DNA from: Gemmatimonadales bacterium
GTDB lineage: Bacteria; Gemmatimonadota; Gemmatimonadetes; Gemmatimonadales; GWC2-71-9
Assembly: GCA_965249575.1 (NCBI GenBank)
Contig: OZ252244.1
Coordinates: 2,720,001 to 2,784,000, forward strand
Direction: 5' to 3'
DNA length: 64,000 nucleotides
Positions within the stretch are counted from its first letter, which is position 1. Every line of letters starts with the position of its first letter. The notes below the pieces were generated by a model that saw nothing but the letters and a program-made list of their open reading frames with translations, searched no databases and was not told where the DNA came from. Shown in pieces: positions 48,147-59,300 of this stretch. The position numbers and the translations under genes are program-made.

Positions 48147-48853
48147 GTGAACTCCTCCGCCGGAGGGGACTGGCTTGTGATTGCCCCGTTGATCGTGCTC
48201 AGTGCCGTCCCGGTGGCCGCCGGTGCCGCCCGCCTCGCCCAGCTGACCAGCGGCGTGGACATCACGCCGGAGAACGCACGGTTCTTCGCCGCGCTCCTGC
48301 CCGTGGTGTTGCACATCATCAGCGCCAGCCTGTTCGCCATCTTGGGAGCCTTCCAGTTCGCCCCTGGATTCCGCCACCGGAGCCCCGGCTGGGGCACCGC
48401 GTCGCTGGGCAGATCTTGGTCCCATGCGGGCTTGTTGCCGCGCTTTCAGGCCTGTTGATGACCGCGGTCTATCCGCGCCCTGGCGGCGATGGTGGTCTCC
48501 TTGCTGGCTTCCGGCTCGTATTCGGCTCGGCCATGGTCTTGTCCATCCTCTTCGGCCTCGCCGCAATCCGGCGACGGGACTTCGCCCGGCACCGCGCCTG
48601 GATGATTCGTGGCTATGCGATCGGCCTAGGCGCAGGGACACACGTGCTGACCGGTTTACCCTGGATCCTGATCCTCGGCACGCCGGGCGAGCTTCCCAGA
48701 GCGCTGCTCATGGGCGCCGGTTGGGTGATCAATCTTGGTGTGGCCGAATGGATCATCCGTGGGCGGCCGATGCCGGAGCATGTGGGCGGTACGTATCCGC
48801 CGATCGCAGCGCACAAACGGGACAGGCAAGAGATCGAGCGTCGAGATGTTTGA
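48147..48853 (+). CDS. DUF2306-family membrane protein, frameshifted near 48400
   Basis: PVVLHIISASLFAILGAFQF, AAIRRRDFARHRAWMIRGYAIGLGAGT, WVINLGVAEW. Confidence 0.8.
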
Positions 48854-49514
48854 CTCCGTTATCCACCTGATCGAGGAATCGGGTGCCTGGATGTACATCC
48901 TCGCGCCCCTCTTCACGGTAACCGTCGCGATCCTCCCGATCCCCGCGGAGCTCCCCGCGATGGTGAACGGGATGATCTTCGGACCGCTCGTCGGTGCGTT
49001 GATGACGTGGAGTGCGGCACTTGTGGGCGCGCTTGTGAGCTTCGAACTCGCGCGGCGATTCGGGCGTCCGCTTGCTGAAAAGGCTCTGTCACCGGTCGCG
49101 CTCGCGAGAGCCGATGGAGCGATGATCTCAGCCGGGTGGCCTGGCTTCCTCACGGTACGATTCATACCTACGGTTGCGTTTACACTCATCAACTGGACGG
49201 CCGGCCTCACGTCGATTCGTCGCGCGACCTTTGTGTGGACCACCGCGATCGGCATCGTACCGGGTGTGATCGCATTCACACTATCCGGGGCCGGCCTCGG
49301 GACCCTGTACCACCGCTACCAGCAGCTACCATTCGGCGTTGGGCTCCTCGGGATATTCTTAATGGCGTGGATGGTCTTTCGCTTCCGCGAGCGCACGGGC
49401 TTAGGTCTAGGCCGATTGCGAAATGAATCGCTGCGAGTTGAGGGGAGGTCCCCGAGACGATCGCGGTGCGAGCTGATACGGAGGGATACTGATGCCCGAA
49501 CAGCGACGTTCTGA
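48846..49514 (+). CDS. TVP38/TMEM64 (DedA/VTT) family membrane protein
   Basis: PIPAEL..NGMIFG, SFELARRFGRP, RFIP..FTLINWTAG, TAIGIVPG. Confidence 0.88.
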   Translation: MFDSVIHLIEESGAWMYILAPLFTVTVAILPIPAELPAMVNGMIFGPLVGALMTWSAALVGALVSFELARRFGRPLAEKALSPVALARADGAMISAGWPGFLTVRFIPTVAFTLINWTAGLTSIRRATFVWTTAIGIVPGVIAFTLSGAGLGTLYHRYQQLPFGVGLLGIFLMAWMVFRFRERTGLGLGRLRNESLRVEGRSPRRSRCELIRRDTDARTATF

Positions 49515-49703
49515 AAACATGGTGATCGGGGTCATCCTCGTGTTGGTGATCGCCAGCTTCGTCTTTGGAACGGTTCCATGACGGTCGGGGGTGGAGCCGG
49601 CCGACCGGAACGCCGGTGGAGCGGCGGGCTAGAGGAATCCCCGATAGCCAGCTCCCGCGTCTCGGTCGCATACTTAACAGAGCGTCGAACAAGGGGTGTG
49701 TCG

Positions 49704-49922
49704 GTGACCGAGCGCGATACCGACGCAGCGTACTCACCACAAGAAGCCGACCGCATTCGTGAGATGGTCCTCGCGCCCGGCGCGCAGGTCGAGTGTCCGC
49801 GATGCGGTGAGCTCCTGACCTTTCACGGACCGGTCACGCAGAAGGGGACTGGGAAGGCGGTCCTTCTCGTGCGTTGCGCCACCTACCGGCGCCAACTCTT
49901 CGTCAGTGGACGGTCCGAGTGA
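49704..49922 (+). CDS. Small CPRC zinc-finger-like protein
   Basis: YSPQEADRIREMVLAPGAQVECPRCGELLTFHGP; paralog of 44118-44318. Confidence 0.5.
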   Translation: MTERDTDAAYSPQEADRIREMVLAPGAQVECPRCGELLTFHGPVTQKGTGKAVLLVRCATYRRQLFVSGRSE

Positions 49923-50536
49923 AATGTGGTGAGCGGTGGATCAGGCCTCGACTGGCTCGTTCAGAGTTTCGACGTCGGTCCGAACCCCACCCAGAACGGC
50001 CAACATCCTCCTGCTCGCTATTGGCCCGACATGGTACTAGGAGTCGTTGTCGACACGCGGCGGATTCGGAATTCGGAGTGCTACTAGAGGTGAAGAATCA
50101 TCGCACCTTTACACGGCGCTGTGCCGCAACTATGCCGATAAGGTGCTGAGAAGGACGGCCCGAGCACTCCCCGTGCACTCATGCTTAGCCTTCAGGGAAG
50201 GGCTGGGCTTGCCCGCCAAGGCCACCGCATACCTGACTAACGCCTGATATGTGCGCAGGAATCGCAACGCGAGCGCTGTGAGTTCCTGAGCCTCCGTAGC
50301 GTCCGCTGATTTGCCCCAGTCGATTCGCTCGCGAGCTGCTTCGACAGTGAGCATTGCGTGCGTGGCCGGGATGAGGGAGGAACCGCATGGGGGCGTCCAA
50401 GATCGAGACGCCCCCACGATAGGGTCTAAGTGTCAACAAACTCTCAACAACTGTCATAGACACACGGAGCGCATGGGGGTTCGCGAGCTAGGGCTCAACA
50501 TCGCCCAATCATGACCCACGTCTTCAGTAACTCAAC

Positions 50537-50722
50537 CTAGTGCTTGCCCGCCACGAGCTGCTGAAACCGCGGATGGTCGCGCAGCGGGTCCCAGGTGGGA
50601 TCGATTCTGAGCCCCGGAACGGCAGTGTTTGAGGGAACCGCTAACAACCGTTCGAGTCGATCAATCGCGGCGTCGTACTCGCCGACCATCGTGTAGATCC
50701 GCGCCAAGTCTCGCACCCTGAA
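50537..50722 (-). pseudogene. C-terminal TPR tip of a kinase/adenylate-cyclase-type protein
   Basis: LARIYTMVGEYDAAIDRLE.LL..LRIDPTWDPLRDHPRFQQL. Confidence 0.7.
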
Positions 50723-51450
50723 GGCTCCTCGCCACCTGCATGTGGCCGTCCTGTACGAGGCGGCGGTGTACGCGATGTGGCGGCAGGGCCTCCTTCCGGC
50801 AAGCCGCTGTCCGGGGTGGCTGTGGCTCGTCATAGGTGGCATCGTCGGCCTCGGAATCTTCTTCGGCCTCTACCGTTGGCAGAACGTGTGGTTTGCGAGG
50901 GTGGTCTGGGCTGTCCACGGACTCCGACTGCCCGCCCTGATCAAGGCTGCGTTCTTTGCGGGCGAAGCGGCGCGACTTCCCTCGATTTTCTATTTGACGG
51001 CGATGGTCGTGGTCGTCATAAACCTGTGGATGCTGGCCCGCGCGGCGTGGGATCTGTGACGTTCCGAACCTACGGGCCATGGAGGGGGGATCGCTCAGAT
51101 CTCGGAGCCCAGGTTGCGGCGCAGCGTGAGCGCGCGAGGAAGCGGCTTCGCCAGGTAAACAAGGTCAAGGAGAGAGGCACACCGGCGTTCGCACCGGGTT
51201 ATGGTCGCATAGATATGGAGAATGGATCCATCTACTATCAGTTCGTAGTACGACGACCTGAAGTAGAGAAGCTATCCAGGCGCGACGTAGCAGATGCTTG
51301 CTGCCAGCTAGCCGCCGACAAGGCGCCTCCCAGCTCCCAAACGGCGTGCGTGATCAGTTAAAGAACATTCCCGAAATCGCCGGCTGCATTGAGAAAGGCG
51401 GCTGATAACGCCGCCCCTTACCACGCACTGGTTGCTGTGACGAGGCAGGA

Positions 51451-51816
51451 TCACACAGAGAAGCTTATCCCACACCCGCAGTTGCCCGTCTCGTTAGGGT
51501 TTTGAAAAACGAACCGCGATTCCTGCATTGACGAGATCCAATCGACGATCATCCCATTGATGTACTGCGCGCTGAACTCGCTGACGAACACACGGGTATT
51601 GTTGAGTTCGATGGTCGTGTCGCCGGAATCAGGACCTTCTGCGATCCTCACGTCGTAGTTGAAACCGGAGCATCCCCCTACCACAACCCCCACCCTCAGG
51701 CCAGCGGTTTCCGGCAACCCACCGTTGACAACATCGCGCACCCGCTTCGCCGCCTCGTCGGTGATGGTGAGGGTGAAATCGTTGTTCAGGACGTTGAGTT
51801 GAGACGAGTTACGCAT
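51451..51816 (-). CDS. HesB/IscA-family Fe-S cluster assembly protein
   Basis: LRVGVVVGGCSGFNY, FQNPNETGNCGCGISF. Confidence 0.93.
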   Translation of the reverse strand: MRNSSQLNVLNNDFTLTITDEAAKRVRDVVNGGLPETAGLRVGVVVGGCSGFNYDVRIAEGPDSGDTTIELNNTRVFVSEFSAQYINGMIVDWISSMQESRFVFQNPNETGNCGCGISFSV

Positions 51817-51845
51817 CGTTGTATTCGTCAACGCTGACGCCGCCG

Positions 51846-52286
51846 TTACGGGGCCTCCGCGCAGTATCTGTCAAAGGCCGTTCTGAGCTCCACCGCGATC
51901 GCCTCCGCCGACCGACCTTCGATATCTTGCCGTTCTAACATATGCACGAGCTGGGCGTCCTTGAAGAGCACGATTTGGGGTGACGAAGGCGGGTAGCCTA
52001 TGAAGTGGCTACGGGCACGCTCCACGGCATCGGTCTCCATGCCGGCGAATACGGTGGCGAGCCGGTCGGGGCGGACACTGTGTTCCAACGCGAGTCTCAC
52101 TCCCGGCCGCGCTTTGCCCGCCGCGCATCCGCACACCGAGTTCACCACCACGAGCACGCTGCCATCGGCTGCTGAGCCGAGGACTTGGTCCACCTCTTCG
52201 GGGGTCAGCAGCTCCTCAAAGCCTATCTGCGTGAGTTCATCCCGCAGGGGTTGAACCATCACCGGATCGTACAGAGCTGTTCTCAT
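51846..52286 (-). CDS. BrxA/BrxB-family bacilliredoxin
   Basis: VVNSVCGCAAGKARPG, TVFAG, PPSSP, R.DIEGR. Confidence 0.93.
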   Translation of the reverse strand: MRTALYDPVMVQPLRDELTQIGFEELLTPEEVDQVLGSAADGSVLVVVNSVCGCAAGKARPGVRLALEHSVRPDRLATVFAGMETDAVERARSHFIGYPPSSPQIVLFKDAQLVHMLERQDIEGRSAEAIAVELRTAFDRYCAEAP

Positions 52287-52343
52287 TCTCGTCCTCCCGC
52301 TGCCGCCTGCCATGGCTTCCTCGAGCCCCGGCTTGGTCGGCGC

Positions 52344-52613
52344 CTACCCGCGCCCCTGCGCCACTTCCCGGGCCTCACCGCCTTCGAAGTAGGCGTAGTT
52401 TTTCTTCGTGTAGCTCGCCCACTTCTCGGGTACATCGTCTTCAGGGAAGATAGCGGTTACCGGGCACTCCGGCTCGCACGCGCCGCAGTCGATGCACTCG
52501 TCGGGGTGGATGTAGAGCATGTCCGGACCTTCGTAAATACAGTCCACCGGGCACACATCCACGCACCCTCTATCCAGCACGCCGATACAGGGCTCAGCAA
52601 TGATATACGTCAC
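52344..52613 (-). CDS. Ferredoxin (7Fe/FdxA type)
   Basis: [36 protein letters not shown]. Confidence 0.93.
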   Translation of the reverse strand: MTYIIAEPCIGVLDRGCVDVCPVDCIYEGPDMLYIHPDECIDCGACEPECPVTAIFPEDDVPEKWASYTKKNYAYFEGGEAREVAQGRG

Positions 52614-52672
52614 AGTCGCTCCATGGCGCGCAGCCTAATTCCCCTCCGATCGTCCGACCCGGCGGGTTCGCA

Positions 52673-52983
52673 CTAGGTAGCTCCCTCAGAGATATCGACT
52701 TTCATGTCCTCGCCTCGATCGACCGTGTACGCAGGCACGCTCTGGCCCGCTGGGGGGCCCACGACCTGCCCGATCGTCACATCGCACTGAGCACCGTGCT
52801 ATGGACAAGTGACCACTGTCCCGTCCAGCTCGCCTTCTCCCAGAGGACCGCCTCGATGGGTGCATGTACCACCGAGAGCATAAATCGTTCCAGCCAGGTT
52901 GAAGACGGCCACCGCCCGGCCTCCTGCGTCCACGTGGCGGGCGGCATATCGCTCAACCTTGTAATCTTGATCAGTTCGCCCAT
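52673..52983 (-). pseudogene. Rieske 2Fe-2S ferredoxin pseudogene
   Basis: Early frameshift; second frame VAVFNLAGTIYAL..CTHRGGPLGEG..VTCP*HG with TAG where Trp is expected. Confidence 0.8.
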
Positions 52984-53390
52984 TGATGGCAAACCTCCCT
53001 TACCTCTTCGCAGGATATCCCGCTCTAGTGTAGCGTTCAACGTCACTTCGCGTTTGCTGAGTAGTTCGAGAAAAACCCCCGTCCGTGCCACGATCGCCTC
53101 GCCGGGACCTCCCAGCGCCTGTCGCGCAACGCGCCCGTCGTTTGGATCGTGTTGTCGAACACCACAGTGTCCGGTCCGACGGCGCCCTCGTCGACCAACT
53201 GCGTGAATTCTTCCCGACTCGCAGGTCTCCTCGACGAGCGCGAGAATAGAAATGTACCCACTTCCGGAGCCCCTCGCTTCTCGTCCAGGTAGGCTAGCAA
53301 TCCCGTCCCTCTAGTCCCCAGCGGAGGCGTGATGACGCGGTGCAGAAGCCTCCAGAGCCCAAGGTCGCACGTGGACGCTATAGATCCAGG

Positions 53391-53666
53391 CTATGCGTCG
53401 GTTGGTGTGATCGTCTTCGCGTGCTGTTGACCCATCCCCTCCGGTCGCACCACAAGGGCAACGCGGGCAGTACCGTCCGGCGCGGTAAGCTGGATCTGCG
53501 GTACCTCGTTCCACGAGATCCCGATGATCACGCGTGTTTCGCCGTCGGCGTCGAGAAAGGCAAAGGAGGGAAGCGCGGAGTCTTCCTCACACGCAAGCAC
53601 TGCACGGATGCGACCACCCCGGTCAACCAGCTCCAAGCGCTCGGTTCGCACGATTTTATCCACCAT
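53391..53666 (-). CDS. Hypothetical protein/fragment
   Basis: VRTERLELVDRGGRIRAVL, repeated L.D.DG..R units. Confidence 0.45.
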   Translation of the reverse strand: MVDKIVRTERLELVDRGGRIRAVLACEEDSALPSFAFLDADGETRVIIGISWNEVPQIQLTAPDGTARVALVVRPEGMGQQHAKTITPTDA

Positions 53667-53991
53667 GTTGGGATTTCCTTGGGCAACAAGGTTGGGTCAT
53701 GAGTCACCTACCCACGGGACTTCGGCAGGCTCTCCGCCGTGAGGAAACTACGCGTACAGCCCTCCCGGAGAACGGTACGCATGACGGTTCTACGTTGCAC
53801 GTTCACAAAACAACGCCCCGCCTGAGGGAGGTTTAGGGGGGTCGCCGACAGCCGCCAGCTAACACGCCAGGAAAGCCCGAGCGTCCCCGTCCGCAGTTCG
53901 TGTTCGAGAATACCGCCTTCAAGAGACGGCGTTAGATTTCAAGCCCGAGAACATCATATAGACGGCAAGAGCCGTGGGCGGTCGAAGAATC

Positions 53992-55161
53992 ATGACGTAC
54001 TGTGCCAGTTATTCGAAAGCGCAGGATCTTACGATCGCGCTCGATGCGATTTGTGACGAGTTGGCCACGGGGCTCAACGGCGTCCCACCCGACATCTCCT
54101 TCCTCTTTGTTTCACACTTTCATGCTGACCGTTTTGAACAATTGGCGAGTTTGGTTTACCGGAAGAGCGAGACGCGACTGATGCTAGGCTGCACAGGCGA
54201 AACGATCGCAGGGGGCCGTGAAGAGATCGAATCCGGCCCGGCCATCAGTCTGTGGTCGGCCGTGTTGCCAGCTGCAGCGATCGAGTTGTTTCACGCCGAA
54301 TTCTCCCAAACGCCCGATGGCATCGTGTGCGACGGCCTCCCATCGGGTCTGGAGGAAGGACGAGCCGATGTTCGGGCTGTCTTCGCCTTCGGCGAACCAT
54401 TTTCGGCCGTCCCGCACTCCGTGATCGATCGTTTTGCCGACGAACTTCCGGGCGTGCCACTCATCGGTGGCATGGCAAGCGGCGGTGCCGGTCCCGACAT
54501 GAATCGGTTATTCCTCAACTCAACCACCATTCCGCATGGTCTCGTCGGGGCGGTTGTCCGAGGTGGCCCGCGGGTCCGTTCGGTTGTCTCACAGGGATGT
54601 CGACCGATTGGCCAGCACTACGTGGTCACCCGCGCCGAACAAAACATCGTTCACGAATTGGGTGGCGTCCCACCCAGGCAGCGGTTGCGTGAATTGCTGC
54701 CGACGTTGTCAGATCAGGATCAACAATTGATGCAGAACGGGCTCCACCTTGGCATTGTGATGAACGAATATCAGGAGACCTTCGCACGGGGAGACTTTCT
54801 GATCTCGAACGTGATAGGGGCCCGAGAGGAGGATGGATCACTGGCGATCGGGAACCGGGTGCGTGTCGGTCAGACGGTGCAGTTCCACGTCCGTGACGCG
54901 GTAACGGCCGACGAGGATTTGGTTCGGCTGCTCGAGCAGGATCGGACTACGAACTCGAATCCACCACAAGCAGCGTTGCTCTTCAGTTGTAATGGTCGGG
55001 GAACCCGATTGTTTCCCGAGCCGAATCACGATGCCGGGACGATCCAGGAAAAAGTTGGACCGATCCCGTTGGCCGGCTTCTTCGCCCAGGGGGAACTTGG
55101 CCCGGTCGGCGGGAAAAACTACATCCACGGATTCACCGCAAGCGTGGCCCTGTTTGAATAG
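53992..55161 (+). CDS. FIST N/C-domain signal transduction protein
   Basis: LGCTGE, GGMASG, VVSQGCRPIG, VGQTVQFHVRD, LFSCNGRG, GFFAQGELGP..HGFT. Confidence 0.93.
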   Translation: MTYCASYSKAQDLTIALDAICDELATGLNGVPPDISFLFVSHFHADRFEQLASLVYRKSETRLMLGCTGETIAGGREEIESGPAISLWSAVLPAAAIELFHAEFSQTPDGIVCDGLPSGLEEGRADVRAVFAFGEPFSAVPHSVIDRFADELPGVPLIGGMASGGAGPDMNRLFLNSTTIPHGLVGAVVRGGPRVRSVVSQGCRPIGQHYVVTRAEQNIVHELGGVPPRQRLRELLPTLSDQDQQLMQNGLHLGIVMNEYQETFARGDFLISNVIGAREEDGSLAIGNRVRVGQTVQFHVRDAVTADEDLVRLLEQDRTTNSNPPQAALLFSCNGRGTRLFPEPNHDAGTIQEKVGPIPLAGFFAQGELGPVGGKNYIHGFTASVALFE

Positions 55162-55402
55162 CAGGCCCATAGCATCACAAACGAACGGCCGGATTCTGCT
55201 GTGGGAAGCGACTTGCAGTCGAGTCGTGCCAACGTGGACACCGAGGGTCGGAAGCCACCCGCACACGCCCGCCGAAGCGTGCAGAGCAGAGCTCCAGCCA
55301 CCGCATAATCATGCAACCTGAGGGCCTCTTCGACCTCGTTTATGCAGCCGGTCTGTGTGCAGATTGGCTAAGTGACTGCCATGACGAGATCCCGTTGAGG
55401 CC

Positions 55403-55461
55403 GCCTAACGCTCGCCGCTCAGCGGCCGGCGAAGCCGGTCCGCAGCGGCGACTTGTTAGGC
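55403..55461 (-). other. Integron attC site (59 bp)
   Basis: GCCTAAC...GTTAGGC ends, imperfect central palindrome CCGGC-TTC-GCCGG, overlaps the upstream gene's TAA. Confidence 0.75.
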
Positions 55462-56478
55462 GGCGTCTTTGTATCGACGGCCACGTGCTTGCCGCAGGGC
55501 CCAGACCACGAGTGGCGCAGCCAGAATGATCACAAGACTCCCAAGAGCGATCGCGCGAAGCATCCCCGGCACCGCCATCGTAGCCGCCAGGAGTCAATGT
55601 TTCCCGTCTCCCAGAAGACCCACTCGCCCGCTAGCTCCGTTGCGAGTAGGGGGTTGCCCGTCTCGAGAACCACAATGCCGTTGCCGGTCGCGGGGTCGAG
55701 GCGTGCTGCGGCATTGATCGCAGGATCGTTCTTGCCGTCGTGCCCGACGACGAAGCCCCCCTCGTCGTTGCTGGCGTAAAGAATGGTGCCGAGACCCCAT
55801 ATGTCTTGCCCGAATTTCGCCGCATGCGGTTGCCACATGTCGTTGATCGTTACTGACGCAAGGACTCCGAGCCCAATCGGCTCCCCGTTCTGCCCAGGAA
55901 GGTGCGCCTGTATGAACCGCGTTAGGTCCGACACCGACGTGTACAGAGACGTCGCCGCGACAGCGGAGAAACGATAGTGAGTCGCCGGTCCGGAGGCGCC
56001 ATCGTAGAAGGTCGCAAGTGTCGTTCCATCGCTAGGGGTCCAGGCGTATGACGAACGGACCATACCCAGAGGCCGAAAGATAGTTCGCTGCATATACGCC
56101 TCGAATGACTCGCCGCTCACCTCTTCGACCAGGAGCTGAAGGAGAGCATAGCCGCCTCCAGAATACCGCCACTCGGTACCCGGTTCGTATCCTACCTGAA
56201 TGACGCCGCGGGCCCCCGGTGAGACATCTGCGGGTCTCGTTAGCGACTCCTCCAGCGACTGCACCGTCGCTCCAGGTTCAAAGCCAGCGTAACCGAGTCC
56301 ATCCGTGAGCCCTGCGGTGTGGCTCAGCAACCGTCGGGGCGTAACCTTGTCATTATCGAACTCGCTCTCGGGGAGGGTCCATCGCGTCAGATAGGTGCTA
56401 ACTGGGGCATCCAAGTCGAGTCTCCCGTCTTCGACGAGTGCCATAACGCCCCATGCAGTGATCCACTTGCTGAGGGAG
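55456..56478 (-). pseudogene. Serine hydrolase (class C beta-lactamase family) cassette gene, 5'-truncated, frameshift near 55592
   Basis: SLSK, LLSHTAG, WRYSGGGY, GHDG; corrected frame adds a C-terminal TM and stops at the TAA inside attC. Confidence 0.8.
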
Positions 56479-56762
56479 GGTCGGCGGAAAAACTGTCGAC
56501 ATTCAGGATGGGGAGTGGCTCTGGGGAAGCGGGTGCGGTTTGTTGTTGATGAACCTATCCAGGGACAGAGTCTGCGGGTGTCTTACAGCGGGACTATCAA
56601 TGGAGACAGGATCAACTTTTCCCGAAATTACACTGCTCGAGTGCGGCAGTCGCGTGGCGGCGTGAGGCTGGTGCGTAGCACGTCAACGTTTTCGGGGCGT
56701 CGGGTGAACTGAAGGAGGTCGACATCTGGTACGCCGCGGTCGACTTCGATTGGGAGCAGATC

Positions 56763-57956
56763 GTGACCCCCGTGGATTCCCGCCAATGCCCGTGTCGTCG
56801 ACGGCACGGGGAAGTACCTCATTCCCGGTTTCTGGGACATGCACACCCATCTATCCAAGGCCCGCTCCTCATCCCTGGGTCTCTTTGTGGCCAATGGCGT
56901 GACGAGTGTTCGGGACATGGGGGGCGACCACCACGAACTTCTCCGGTGGCGCCAGGAGGTCATGGGCGGACAACGTGTGGGCCCCCGGATCCTGCTGGCG
57001 GGGCCGTACCTGGAGTCCGCAGGCACCGTCGAGCGGGTACGGAACACGCCACCCGAGGAAATGGTGGAGCCGGTGGAGCGAACCCGTATTCCGGTCGGCA
57101 CGCCGGAGGATGCGCGACGGGTCGTCGACTCTCTCTCGGCTCTGGAGCTGGATTTTCTCAAGGTTCGCACGTCTCCTCGGTCGAGACCTACCATGCACTC
57201 GCGGGCGCAGCACGGCTCGCCGGGCTCGACCTGGTAGGGCATACGTTTGGCATTCCCATTGAGGAGGTCATCGCATCCAAGCAGCGAGGCATCGAGCACC
57301 TCTTCTACCCCACGCTCGATGACCGCAGCTCAGAGGAGCGAAGGCGATTGTTCCGTCTTCTGGCGGAGAACGACGTCGGCGTGGTTCCGACCTTGGTGAC
57401 CGCAACCGAGTCGGCTTTCGCGCCCGACAGCGTGGTCGAAACGGTCTTGCACGATTCCCTCGGTCGGTTCGAAGTTCGGCGCCGATACCTCTCCCGGTTT
57501 CTCATTCAGGACTGGAGCGAACAGATCCTGGAGAGGGATCCCGACATGCTCTCCCTGTTTCGAAGTGTCTACTCGAGCGCCGTTCGGGATCTGAGAGAAA
57601 TGCGTGAGGAAGGTGTTCGGATAATGACCGGAAGTGACGTCGCTGTCCTCATGATCTTCCCTGGCTCAACCCTTCATGCCGAGCTCGAGCTGTTCGTCGC
57701 GGAGATCGGGATGACGCCTCTCGAAGCCATCGAGAGCGCCACGCGGCTGCCAGCGGAGTTCCTGGGCCTTGGTGATTCCCTTGGCACCATCGAGCGTGGC
57801 AAGATTGCGGACTTGGTGCTACTCGACGAGGATCCACTCGAGGGGGTCTCGAACACCCGCCGGATCAACAGTGTCATCCTTCGGGGCCGGCTCTACAATC
57901 GAAACGACCTGGACGACTGCTATCGGAGGTTGAGGTGGCCGATGACCGTCGGGTGA
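56763..57956 (+). pseudogene. Amidohydrolase-family gene, 5'-truncated and frameshifted near 57180
   Basis: VVDGTGKYLIPGFWDMHTH, NGVTSVRDMG; then IEH, MTGSD, GTIERGKIADLVLL. Confidence 0.8.
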
Positions 57957-58062
57957 ACGACTGGCCGAGGAGCCGGGAGAAGTCGCTAGAGTAGGACCTG
58001 GGGGGGGCGGCAGCCAGAGTGGCTGAAGGCGCTCTATGGGGGAGAACCCGATTCTACTTTCC

Positions 58063-58345
58063 CTACTCCCAACACGCACAGCGCCCGACCGCAGGGGCCG
58101 GACGCTCGGCATCCACACGGCGGCGGCACAGTGTTCGTGTTGTCGTGCACCACCTTCCATTCTCCCCCCGACGCTGCCAGACAAAGGCCCAGACGCCGCT
58201 GAAGGAGTCGGGAGCCTCACCGGGCAGATATGACTCCGCTGAGAAGGAATTGGTGGAGAGAGCGGATTCGCGGCTCAGGACTAGGACCTGAGTATCGGAC
58301 ACTTCGACGTTCAGCGAGTCCGCGTTTGTGAAGAAGGTGGAATCG
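58063..58345 (-). pseudogene. NTF2/DUF4440-like C-terminal fragment
   Basis: SGVWAFVWQRRGENGRW. Confidence 0.4.
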
Positions 58346-58709
58346 CTGGTGTAGACCGCTTCGGTTGGCTGGAACGTCGCACCAGCCGGGTGTCGAACAT
58401 CGGGACCGAAGGCATACCACTTAAAACGATACTGGCGATCCCGTTCACCGCTATGGGGGATTCCCCGATTGCCGGCAGTTAGCCCGATCGGCTATTTGAC
58501 GGGGAACGTGATCTGTCGGTGGCGCCGGCTGAGAACTGACGGGGCAGGTTAGCGCTGGGTACTCGCAGCTCAGTAGGTGGTGAACGTATGGAGGAGTCTT
58601 CCAGCTCGCCTGGTCACTGTCCCTCGACGCAGAAAGCCGAGGGGTCTCCCCCTCGGCCGTTCCACGACGTGGAAATGGTCGCATCCACGAAGCGGCCTGC
58701 GCGTTACGC

Positions 58710-59123
58710 TTATCGACCGATGGCGTCCGGATGAGCCGTGGCCCGGGTCCGGAGCGTGACCACGATCGCGGGGCCCTCTTCGGCCGGGAGCCATTCGCTA
58801 CCCGTCCCGTTCGGATCGAGGTAGTGAACCGACGCTACCTTGTCGGCCTCTACCCACCGCAAGCACGTGATCTCCGTGCAGCGCATCTCGATGTAGATGC
58901 TCGGACTCGGAACTCCGCCATCTGCGGAATTGCGGACCAGCCAGCCGGGCAGCAGCTCGCTCACCGCCTGGTAGATGTTGTCGACTGACGCCAGGTCGAG
59001 CTCCACCGCCGTGATCGGCCTGGGGCCGCTCCGGGGTCCGTCGTGCCGGCCTTCGAGGTCCGAGCATCCGGTCACGCCGATCGCCAACATCAGTATGGCG
59101 GTGAAGAATGTCGTCGCTTTCAT
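58710..59123 (-). CDS. Lipoprotein with TonB-plug-like features
   Basis: GGGAGG RBS, lipobox VTGC, ITAVEL..NIYQAV..L.PGWL, VASVHYLD, AIVVT. Confidence 0.65.
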   Translation of the reverse strand: MKATTFFTAILMLAIGVTGCSDLEGRHDGPRSGPRPITAVELDLASVDNIYQAVSELLPGWLVRNSADGGVPSPSIYIEMRCTEITCLRWVEADKVASVHYLDPNGTGSEWLPAEEGPAIVVTLRTRATAHPDAIGR

Positions 59124-59223
59124 CTCAAGCCTCCCTGTAGGTGGTCGTTTCGGCATTGCCGGTCAGCGGCTCAGTGGCTCCCGGGTTTCCCGGCCGTCGC
59201 GCTTCCGGCGCTTGCCTGTGCCC

Positions 59224-59266
59224 AGCCTAATCCGGGCCGGTCACGGGGCGGTCACTTCTGCATCAC
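59224..59266 (-). promoter_or_regulatory. SARP-type activated promoter: three heptamers at 11-bp period plus -10 box
   Basis: Minus strand GTGATGC-N4-GTGACCG-N4-GTGACCG-N8-TAGGCT. Confidence 0.65.
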
Positions 59267-59300
59267 CGGGTGAGTGGAAAGCAGTGATCGGGGCGGAACC

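Noticed and set aside
52800..52802. TAG read-through (pyrrolysine) in the Rieske gene
   Set aside because: Replaces a conserved Trp, the gene is also frameshifted, and there are no pyl genes
53856..53937. attC-like AGCTAAC...GTTAGAT before the FIST gene
   Set aside because: Ends not complementary enough and no convincing internal stem
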